Source: Ylistrum balloti
Taxonomy: Eukaryota
DNA length: 64,000 nucleotides
NCBI RefSeq assembly: GCF_031769215.1
Contig: NW_026781978.1
Location: 744,001-808,000, forward strand
Direction of reading: 5' to 3'
A program made the position numbers and the translations under genes. This document shows, one piece after another, positions 48,215-59,100 of this stretch (position 1 is the first letter of the stretch; every line of letters starts with the position of its first letter). The notes under the pieces were generated by a model. The model searched no databases. It was not told the origin of the DNA and was given only the letters and a program-made list of their open reading frames with translations.

Positions 48215-49545
48215 TCTACCAGTAGACTGACAGACCGTGGTAATGTGAAAGGTTACTACTGGTAGACTGACAGACCAAGGTAATGTGAAAGATTATTACT
48301 GGTAGACTGACAGACCATGGTAATGTGAAAGATTACTACTGGTAGACTGACAGTCCATGGTTATGTGAAAGAATTCTACTGGCAGACTGACAGACCAAGG
48401 CTTTGTGAAAGATTTCTACTAGCAGACTGACAGACCAAGGCTTTGTGAAAGATTTCTACTAGTAGACTGACAGACCAAGGCTTCGTGAAAGATTTCTACT
48501 AGTAGACTAACAGACCAAGGCTTTGTGAAAGATTTCTACTAGTAGACAGACAGACCATGGTCATGTGAAAGATTTCTACTGGTAGACTAACAGACCAAGG
48601 TAATGTGAAAGATTTCTACTAGTAGACTGACAGACCATGGTCATGTGAAAGATCACTACTGGTAGACTGACAGACCAAGGCTTTGTGAAAGATTTCTACT
48701 AGCAGACTGACAGACCAAGGCAATGTGAAAGATTTCTACTGGTAGACTGACAGACCAAGGTAATGTGAAAGATTTCTACTGGTAGACTGACAGACCATGG
48801 TAATGTGAAAGATTACTACTGATAGACAGACAGACCAAGGCTTCGTGAAAGATTTCTACTGGTAGACTGACAGACCAAGGTAATGTGAAAGATTACTACT
48901 GGTAGACTGACAGACCAAGGCTTCGTGAAAGATTTCTACTGGTAGACTGACAGACCAAGGTAATGTGAAAGATTACTACTGGTAGACTGACAGACCAAGG
49001 CTTTGTGAAAGATTTCTACTAGCAGACTGACAGACCAAGGCTTTGTGAAAGATTTCTACTAGTAGACTGACAGACCAAGGCTTCGTGAAAGATTTCTACT
49101 AGTAGACTAACAGACCAAGGCTTTGTGAAAGATTTCTACTAGTAGACTGACAGACCATGGTCATGTGAAAGATTTCTACTGGTAGACTGACAGACCAAGG
49201 TAATGTGAAAGATTTCTACTAGCAGACTGACAGACCAAGGTAATGTGAAAGATTTCTACTAGTAGACTGACAGACCATGGTCATGTGAAAGATTACTACT
49301 GGTAGACTGACAGACCAAGGCTTTGTGAAAGATTTCTACTAGCAGACTGACAGACCAAGGCTTTGTGAAAGATTTCTACTAGTAGACTGACAGACCATGG
49401 TCATGTGAAAGATTTCTACTAGTAGACTGACAGACCATGGTCATGTGAAAGATTTCTACTAGTAGACTGACAGACCAAGGCTTTGTGAAAGATTTCTACT
49501 AGTAGACTGACAGACCATGGTCATGTGAAAGATTTCTACTGGTAA
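48215..49545. repeat. 40-bp minisatellite (~33 copies)
   Basis: ctactggtagactgacagaccaaggtaatgtgaaagattt. Confidence 0.95.
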
Positions 49546-51471
49546 ACCACTGTTTACTCAAAATACTGATATGAAAAAAACATTTTAAGTGAAATGTCCG
49601 TATAATCAATTGACCTATATTTATGTGACCTTATCATCCTTAGAGTAGGAACATGGAACAATTTTCCTATTACAGTGTTCCTCATATAAGCCAAATTTTT
49701 CTCATCATACCAAATATACTGGTCAAATGTTTCTTAATTCAGCATTCCCCATCATACCAAGTATATCATCTTCTCATGTCGCATATCAATGATGAAATTT
49801 ACCATATAGTTTTACGATTGCCAATTATCCGTTTCAAGTTTATATTGTGTGCTCTGTTACCAAAATTCTATGTCTAATACATTTCACATGGAAACATATT
49901 AACAGTGTTATTAGATTGAATACAGTATACAGAGAGACAGTCAGTCAGTCTTCAAAGACATGAACATGAAGAGGAATGTTAACTTTATCAGAATGTCAGT
50001 CTGTGGTTAAGATACCAATACATAATGTCAGTAGGCAGATTCTGAATATGATTGTTTCGGTAGGTTTAACTAAATAGGAATTGTTCGATGAACAATATAC
50101 AATCCTAGAACTAATCTGGGGGGAAATTTACAGCCCACGATTACAGCTACTTGGACCAATCCAAGTAGCAGTTTGACCTTTCCCTAGTGGGCTGTAATGA
50201 CTGAAATTACTGAAACTCTAGCAACGTTCTACTCCTACAAACCACGACCAATATTGCATTTGGTTTAATAATGGTGTAGCTAGCAGCTTTCTGGATTACA
50301 ACCTGAAGTCATATGGACATAACATCACAATTACTGTTTACTCATTTTCTACTGTGCACCATTTATCATTAATTATTTTGAAATCAGAACAATTTTTTTT
50401 AAAAGTTATTTATCACAAAAAAAGATGGAGTGATGGACAAATATAACAAATTAGTTTTCATAATTATTTTAGGATGGGATAAAATTTCAGAAATCAGACA
50501 CCTTGAAAATTCTTTGTCTTTGATAAAACGTATTAGCTGGTGTAACAGGTTTGGCTTTGATAATAATGGGTTAGCTGGTTTAACAGGTTTTACTTTGATA
50601 AAGAAGAATTAGTTGGTTTAACAGGTTTGGCTTTGACAGTCTCATAATTGTTTATAGTACTTTTTTGATGTCTTTGGATCACTTTGTAATCACCACAACA
50701 AACAAGATTAGTCTGGTCACTATGTAACTTTGCATTTGCTACTGGTATGCAAAATACACATCAAACCTACAAAAGAAAATTGATCTATCCGTGCATATTT
50801 TTTCATTTTAATTCACATGTAGATATATTTTTTTCGACTGTGTGTCATAACACTGAAGCATTGATCCTTGCATACTATGTGCCTTGTTGTATTGTTTTTG
50901 TGATAGGTTTTACATTTATGTACATTAGTTGCATTGCGTAGAAATGCAGAATATATATAGCCATCTGTTACATAGGATACTGCCACAGCTGGCTGAGCTT
51001 TCCAAGTGTCCAGGCAATTATACTACTGTCAAAGATTTCATCAGCATCCTATCTTCATCCTACAACTGATGCAGTGACAAACACAGTGTTATCACCTTTA
51101 TCCTCTCTATTACCTCCCCTTCAAAGTAAGGAATTAGTCACTATTGCTTTTTATAACCCTGGAAGATTTCAAGACAAAATTGAAGATTCCGTGTGCGACA
51201 ACTTGTGTATTAGACAAGAAAACTAGTTTGATCCTTTGATGTACATCAACGAAGCATTAAATTATGTTGTACTGGCTTTGAAGTTTGGTGTCATTCCTTT
51301 GTAATCTTCAAAGGAGCACACCAGTCTGTAATTGTTCAGTTTTTTCTCCTGAAAACCACTCTAGACGGTTAAATAACTTCACTTGAGCCTTCAATTCTCC
51401 CATGTAATATTCCATGGATGTAGAAGTGAGCATAACCACTTCGCTGACCTTCTCATATTGGTATTAGTACC

Positions 51472-52142
51472 CTATCCTATCTCATGAGCGACTGATCAAT
51501 TACCTTCCCTCATCTCACCAGACATGTCCCATCCCTATCTCATGTGTGACTGATCTATTACCTCCCCTGATCTCACCAGACACACCCCATCCCTATCTCA
51601 TGTGTGACTGATCTATTACCTCCCCTGATCTCACCAGACATATCCCATCCCTATCTCATGTGTGACTGATCTATTACCTCCCCTGATCTCACCAGACACA
51701 TCCCATCCCTATCTCATGTGTGACTGATATATTACCTCCCCTGATCTCACCAGACACACCCCATCCATATTTCATGTGTGACTGATCTATTACCTCCCCT
51801 GATCTCACCAGACACACCCCATCCATATTTCATGTGTGACTGATCTATTATCTCCCCTGATCTCACCAGACACATCCCATCCCTATCTCATGTGTGACTG
51901 ATCTATTACCTCCCCTGATCTCACCAGAAATATCCCATCCCTATCTCATGTGTGACTGATCTATTACCTCCCCTGATCTCACCAGGCACACCCCATCCCT
52001 ATCTCATGTGTGACTGATCTATTACCTCCCCTGATCTCACCAGACATATCCCATCCCTATCTCATGTGTGACTGATCTATTACCTCCCCTGATCTCACCA
52101 GACATATCCCATCCCTATCTCATGTGTGACTGATCTATGACC
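51472..52142. repeat. 58-bp minisatellite (~11 copies)
   Basis: catgtgtgactgatctattacctcccctgatctcaccagacacatcccatccctatct. Confidence 0.95.
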
Positions 52143-53229
52143 TGATCACCTCAGACAGAAGTTTGTTTTTTTTTCCAAATCTTAACACTTCTTGCTTGAA
52201 TTAACAAAGAGGTGATTTAACTGATCTTATCATAACCATTTCAGTAGAGCATGGAGTAGTAAAATATTCATAACTCAATGTACCATCAATCTTATACCAA
52301 TAACATACATAGGACACAATGACATCAGTGTCTCCAAGTACATCTTACAACAAAAACTGAAATATTTTCATTTTTAGGGTGAATGTTTCTATAAAGCCTT
52401 AAAATCAAGTTGCAACCACTTCAGAAATGCCACCAATATAAGTGAATGTACAACGAATGGACAAAGTCAGTTATGTAGTAATTGATTCTTTCCATTGTTG
52501 AAAGTTTGTTGGTTCTATCCCTTGTTGGAAATTATATAATTTGGTCAAAGCATTAGGATATTAACAACTTTAACCTGGATGCAATATCATAAGGATATAC
52601 ACAGAAACTGGAAAAGAAGTCAGATACAAAGTACTGAAGGTGATTCGAGGGCTGGATCATATTATACAAAAGAGGTACTGAGACTGGATTAAATGTAGAA
52701 GGTATAAGGGCACACATTTAGGTAACATGTATGTCATGGGTAAGTGGACGTTAACAAAATGAGCTAGACTATAACGATGTAGACACAGTGATCCTGCATA
52801 ATGAGAGTATATCATGGATGATAAAAAATTTCCAACTCCCTTATCAAAGTGAATCTTTTACATTAAAGCACTGAACCAGATAATTTACTGTAACACTAGG
52901 CAAAGACACAGACACATACCAAGTCAGGATCACAATGGCTGCATTGTGTTTTATGTATATCATTGTACCACAAATATTTCAAAGCAAAAGCAGAGGTATT
53001 TTCTGAGGATTGTTTTTATGATGTTAGGAACCTTGATGTTATTATGTTTCTCTGGCTTTCCTTTTTTTAAGCAAGTTGCACATGGGTCCTTTGTTGTTTG
53101 TCTGGATATTTCAGCTTTCACTTCAGCACATTTTCATTTATACAGTTATAATGTTATATTTTCCGCTTAAGATAAGGAATTTCAAATCTTCAAACTAAAT
53201 TTAGACACCAAACCTTCATCCATTTTGAA

Positions 53230-53457
53230 AGAGAGTGATTTAAAACTCTTCTGTCCCCATATTGAATACTGTACATCTACAGAACGTCAATTTACATTAA
53301 ATTAAGTCCCTACCACCGAAGATAATTGGTCAAAATACTTTCATAGCAACAACAGAAGACGGATCTCACAGATCACATTTTATCAACTCTATTCAGCCAT
53401 ACCCTCAGACAACACACCATGGCATAAGCTCACCTGTTCTGCAGGTGAACTAAACCT
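53230..53457 (+). mobile_element. HINE-like 3' remnant with terminal hairpin
   Basis: ccatggcataagctcacctg-ttctg-caggtgaactaaa terminal stem-loop. Confidence 0.5.
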
Positions 53458-54094
53458 TACATAAACTATGAGGAAATTTCTATGCGTGATGGGATTGTGA
53501 TCAGATAATTGCTAATCTATCTAGTAATTGTTTTATAAATGTGTGGAAATTGACTGTAATTTTTCATTATTAATTTTCTTTAACTTATTGTTTATCTGTG
53601 TGTACTTTTGCAAAAATAATTTATATCAATCTATATAAATTGCCAATTAATTCCTTTCTTATGCCAACATGTTTCATCAAAGTATCATGTTGGGCCTCAA
53701 AATTAAATTCCATGTAGAGGTTGGACTATTGAAAGCAATGAAATAGTTTTTTGTTAGCCTTATTACTGAACAGTAATAAACATGATGGCCTTATTACCAG
53801 ACATAGGCTTAATGCCAGAAAGATAAGTAAATGTAGCATTTTGATATATGAATACTACAAATATAAAATGTGACAGCAGTGGGAATTCAATAATATGTAT
53901 TCCCTACAAAATTTCAACACATGGTCAGCTGTTCTTCTAATCTCCTAACTGCAACAGATATTCTGATTCAATTACACAAAATACATGCATACCAAAACAT
54001 TATACATTTTGTAACAAAGGCACCCAGGTGGTTTATATGTTTTGACCTGATCTTCAAAGCCACCTCTTAAACTAAGCAATTTTTAATCCATAAA

Positions 54095-55149
54095 TTTGTC
54101 AGTATACTGTAACCTGGTATACAAACACACCTGCAAGTAATCAATTAATTTGTCAGTATATTGTAACCTAGTGTACAAAGACACCTCATATGAATCCAAT
54201 AATTTGTCAGTATACTGTACCCTAGTGTACAAAGACATCTCTGCAGAATCAATTAATTCATCAGTATATTGTAACCTAGTGTACAAAGACACCTCGTATG
54301 AATCCAAAAATTTGTCAGTATACTGTACCCTAGTGTACAAAGACACCTCTGATCAATCTAATACATTATATGTAATTTGTCAGTATACAGTAACCTAGTG
54401 TACAGACACCTCGTATGAATCTATTATTTTGTCAGTATACTGTAACCTAGTGTACAGACACCTCGTATGAATCTATTATTTTGTCAGTATACTGTAACCT
54501 AGTGTACAGACACCTCGTATGAATCTATTATTTTGTCAGTATACTGTAACCTAGTGTACAGACACCTCGTATGAATCTATTATTTTGTCAGTATACTGTA
54601 ACCTAGTGTACAGACACCTCTAATGAATCTATTATTTTGTCAGTATACTGTAACCTAGTGTACAGACACCTCGTATGAATCTATTATTTTGTCAGTATAC
54701 AGTAACCTAGTGTACAGACACCTCGTATGAATCTATTAATTTGTCAGTATACTGTAACCTAGTGTACAGACACCTCGTATGAATCTATTAATTTGTCAGT
54801 ATACTGTAACCTAGTGTACAGACACCTCGTATGAATCTATTATTTTGTCAGTATACAGTAACCTAGTGTACAGACACCTCGTATGAATCTATTAATTTGT
54901 CAGTATACTGTAACCTAGTGTACAGACACCTCGTATGAATCTATTATTTTGTCAGTATACAGTAACCTAGTGTACAGACACCTCGTATGAATCTATTAAT
55001 TTGTCAGTATACTGTAACCTAGTGTACAGACATCTCGTATGAATCTACTAATTTGTCAATATACTGTAACCTAGTGTACAGACACCTCGTATGAATCTAT
55101 TAATTTGTCAGTATACTGTAACCTAGTGTACAGACACCTTGTATGAATC
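54095..55149. repeat. 52-54-bp minisatellite, left part (~20 copies), interrupted by the gypsy element
   Basis: ttgtcagtatactgtaacctagtgtacagacacctcgtatgaatctattatt. Confidence 0.95.
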
Positions 55150-56082
55150 TGTGACGATTTTATTCAGTTAGAGTTATCTCCCTTCATGTAACGTTTTGTA
55201 TACGTCCTGTTTTGTATCATTCCCCACCTACCTAATTATTTTAATTATCGATGATTGACTTATGTTTTCATGAAACTAGTGTTTACTAAATGTGTAATCA
55301 TACCTGTATAAATAAATAAAAACATTTGTCTTGCGTATTTGTGGGTTTTGGTGCTGTATTAATTGAGAAGGAAAATACTGGAGACACCCAGAATAATACA
55401 TAAGATTTTATGTAAATACTGGTTGAAACCAGTAAACAAAAAAGAAGATTTTGACAGACGGAAGAAGGTCGGCTATATCACAGGTAATAAAGTATTATAG
55501 CACACAGTTCAATTATACTGTTACCAGAAGCTCCTGAGTAAGGGGTTGCCTGAATAAGGCAGCTCTGGTAACAGTTATTGTTACGTGTGGTCGGTGCCAG
55601 TACGTTGACGTGTCAGGTACGCCAGAATCTCCTGAAAAGGGGTTGCCTGCAAAGGCTACTCTGGTACGCCTGACTACTGATACAGTACTTGGCACAACAC
55701 TTTGTACTGTGATAATAACAGGACACTGGCAGGCGACGTCGGAGCTGTACGGTGGTCGGCTCAGTAATAAGGGACGTGCTTGCAGTGTTGTAGTGCTGAC
55801 AGTCTGTTAGTGTTGCGGTGTGTGGTAGCCTTGTTGGGCAACATACGCCTAGGCGACGTGATACGTACCGCGGACACATTGTTGGCTCGTGTATGGTGAC
55901 ATGGTGGACAGAGGTACTGTCCTTCTCTGTTGTAGTGTATAGATATATTGTTTATTAAATTGAGTAATTGTTCAACTGCTCAGCCAGGTAGCTGAGGAAT
56001 TCCAATCGCTTCCGGAGCAGGTAGCTCTGTCTAAATTGAGAGACCCGGCGTGCACGCGCGCTACCATAGGGTGCACGTTACA
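55150..56082 (+). repeat. 5' LTR (933 bp)
   Basis: TGTGACG...CGTTACA; direct repeat of 62212-63144 at offset 7062; no difference seen by eye; ORF track gives identical translations for both copies. Confidence 0.97.
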
Positions 56083-56088
56083 TTTTAA

Positions 56089-56106
56089 TGGTGGCAGCGG
56101 TGGGAT
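56089..56106 (+). promoter_or_regulatory. Primer-binding site complementary to the tRNA-Leu 3' end
   Basis: TGGTGGCAGCGGTGGGAT is the reverse complement of ATCCCACCGCTGCCA+CCA, the 3' end of animal tRNA-Leu(AAG/TAG type); lies 6 nt after the LTR end. Confidence 0.9.
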
Positions 56107-56151
56107 CATAGTTGAACATAGCTATTGTTATTTTTTTTGTATTAACTTGCA

Positions 56152-59100
56152 ATGGAGGATATCAACAAGACCATAGAGGAGCTGGAGGCCCGCATCGCAT
56201 CATATGGTGTAGGACAGAAACCAGGAGATGGTCCAGCCAGGCACTCGACTCCGAGGAGTACTACCACGGTGGTATTAGACGAGAAAAACACAGCTGACTC
56301 CGGGATAGTGACTGTGCGCAGTTCAGATGTTGATTCTGGTGGTGGTCTGGGGCAGAGTTCGAAGGATGCTGCTGACCTACATACTAAGCTTGTACAGTTT
56401 AGCCCGCAGACACCAGACATGGACAGATACGGAAATAATACTGGCGACGGGTTGTCACAGGAGCGACAAGGTCCCTTGTCCGATCACTACTGGCAAGAAT
56501 CTGTATCTAGTAAACCACTGAGTCGACCAAAGTATTGGTATGATGACGGGACATACCAACCGCGCAGCAAGTGTTCAGACACAAACGAAGCAAAGACCAG
56601 GCGAACACCATCATTTAATATCAAGCCTGCAACCTACGACGGCAGTGGGTCATGGTTGGACTACAAGGCCCATTTTGAATCGTGTGCTGCATTGGCAAAT
56701 TGGACCGAGGAGGAGAAGGGGTTGTACTTAGCTGTTTCCCTCAGGGGCCAGGCACAAGGAGTACTCGGTAACCTCCCAGGTGGACCATTGAAGAAATATA
56801 GGGACCTGGTATATGTTCTCAGTGAACGGTTTGCTCCACCAAACCAGACTGAACTCTATCGTGCGCAGCTACGAGAAAAGCGGCAAAAGGCGACCGAGTC
56901 ATTACCGGAGCTGGGACAAAGTATACGGAGGCTAGCGAATCAAGCATACCCGACCGCACCATCCGATGTCATTGAGGTACTAGCAAAAGAACAGTTCATT
57001 GACGCCTTGATAGACTCGGACATGAGATTGCGGATTAAACAAGCCAGACCAGCTAGTCTCAATGAAGCTATACGCCATGCCGTTGAATTGGAGGCCTTCA
57101 TCAAGTCAGACCAGAAACACAGGGAGTCGCAAGGGTTCTTAAGGCCCATAGCTCAGAAGGAGGCTAATGACCAAGAAACTGATCAGGGAATGAAAGCATT
57201 GACTGCAGTTATGACTGAGATACAAGAATCCCTGGCAGGCCTAAAGACCCAAGTAGCAGACTTGGAGTCTAAACAGCGCAATTGGCGACCAGCACCTAAA
57301 TTCCGTAACAAAGGTACTGACGGTAAATGTTTCAATTGTGGTGAAAAAGGCCATTTTCAAAGGAATTGCCCGGAGACGAGAAAGGATAACCAGCAAGGTA
57401 ATAAGAAAGGAAAAGCCAATGGTGCGAAAAAGAAAGAGCAAGCTGGTGTGAATAGACAAGCTGGGGAGCCAGGAATTTATGTTAATGTGGAGATCCATGG
57501 AGTAAAAGGAAAATTTCTAGTGGACACGGGGTCGACTTTGTCGCTGGTATCTGAATGTTTGTTCACGGCAATATGCAGTCGAGATAGGTATCAGCATCCC
57601 TTGACAAAGGTGCCCCGCGACATTTTGTCTGCGAATGGAGAACCACTGATAGTAAGCGGTCATACAGTGTTACCAGTATTAATTGATAACCACTTGTACA
57701 AGAAGGGACTGGTGGTAGCCAGACTATCAGTAGACGGAGTCCTTGGGTTGGACTTCATGAACGAGGAAAAATGCGTTGTCGATGTGGTGAAACGGAAACT
57801 CGCAATTGGACAGCAGGAGGTTGAGTTGCTCAGTGAGGGAAGAATAGGTTGTTATCGTGTGGCTGTTGCTGATACTCTTAACATCCCCCCAGAATCTGAG
57901 ATGGTTACCTATGGACAGGTCATTCTTCCTCCTGGTACCGCTGTGCCCAAGGGTGTTAGCATTATCGAACCTGCACCAAAATTCCTGGATACTGATCGAG
58001 CTTTGGTAGGAAAGACTTTGGTCAGCAATAGTGAAACAGTCCCATTGCGAATTATGAATGTATCTCCAGATGTGAAAGTGGTGCATGCAGGGACGGTTGT
58101 GGGGTCTCTCACACCGATAGACAGTGTTATGTCTTGTGAAACAACCAGCAAAGAAAAAGAGGCTCTAACTCCGGTACTTCAAGATCTGTTAGACAGGACC
58201 AGTGAAGGGCTAACTAGAAATCAAGTGAAGCAGGTACGCGCATTGTTAGTTCGACATTCCAATGCCTTTGCAAAGGATAATCAAGACATTGGAAAAACCG
58301 GTGTCGTGAAACATTCAATCAGCGTTGGTGATCATCCACCGGTAAAACAACCCCTTCGGAGGCTTCCGGTTCATGCAAAACAAGCCGTAGACGAGCATAT
58401 TGATGATATGTTGGACAGGGGGATAATCGAACCTTCAACTAGTCCTTGGTCGTCTGGTGTCGTCCTCGTAAAGAAGAAGGATGGGAGTACCAGATTTTGT
58501 GTGGACTACCGGCGCCTTAATGACGCAACCATCAAAGACGCTTACCCTTTACCAAGGATTGATGAATCCCTTGACCAGCTGTCTGGAGCATGCTGGTTCT
58601 CTACCCTCGATTTGTGCTCCGGATATTGGCAAGTCGAGCTGGAGGAGGGAGATAAACCAAAAACTGCTTTTTCGACCAAACGTGGCCTTTATCAATTCAA
58701 GGTAATGCCGTTCGGGCTGTGCAACGCCCCGGCTACGTTTGAAAGGCTGATGGAAACCGTGTTGCGGGGACTGCAGTGGGACATCTGCCTCATATACCTT
58801 GACGATGTGATTGTCACTGGGAGAACTTTTGGAGAAATGTTAAGCAATCTGGAGAAGGTACTTCAGCGTTTGTCAGCTGCCGGTTTAAAACTAAAAGCGA
58901 AAAAGTGTACGCTGTGTGCTAGAAATGTTGAGTTCCTTGGACATATTATTTCGCCTGAAGGAGTTTCCACAGACCCTGGCAAGATACAACTAGTGAAGGA
59001 TTGGCCAGAACCAACAACTGTAACTGAGGTCCGATCATTTCTTGGACTGTGCGGCTATTACAGGCGGTTCGTCAAGGACTTCTCTGCCATCGCCAAACCA

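Noticed and set aside
48215-49545. Regular 20-63-bp arrays that superficially resemble CRISPR arrays
   Set aside because: Head-to-tail repeats with no unique spacers, no cas genes, eukaryotic intronic context
51236-51249. 14-bp perfect palindrome TTGATGTACATCAA
   Set aside because: Several are expected by chance in 64 kb of AT-rich sequence
55517-55674. LTR multi-stem motif considered as a hammerhead, twister or HDV-like ribozyme
   Set aside because: No CUGAnGA...GAAA...UH core in the correct topology and no twister/HDV consensus recognised on either strand; kept only as a GNRA junction motif
55513-55879. Short ORFs (60-88 aa) inside both LTRs
   Set aside because: By-products of the GC-rich structured region, non-ATG starts, no recognisable motifs
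56950-56961. PTAP (Tsg101-type late domain) in Gag
   Set aside because: Falls in the AYP-containing capsid segment, probably folded; the element has no env; likely coincidental
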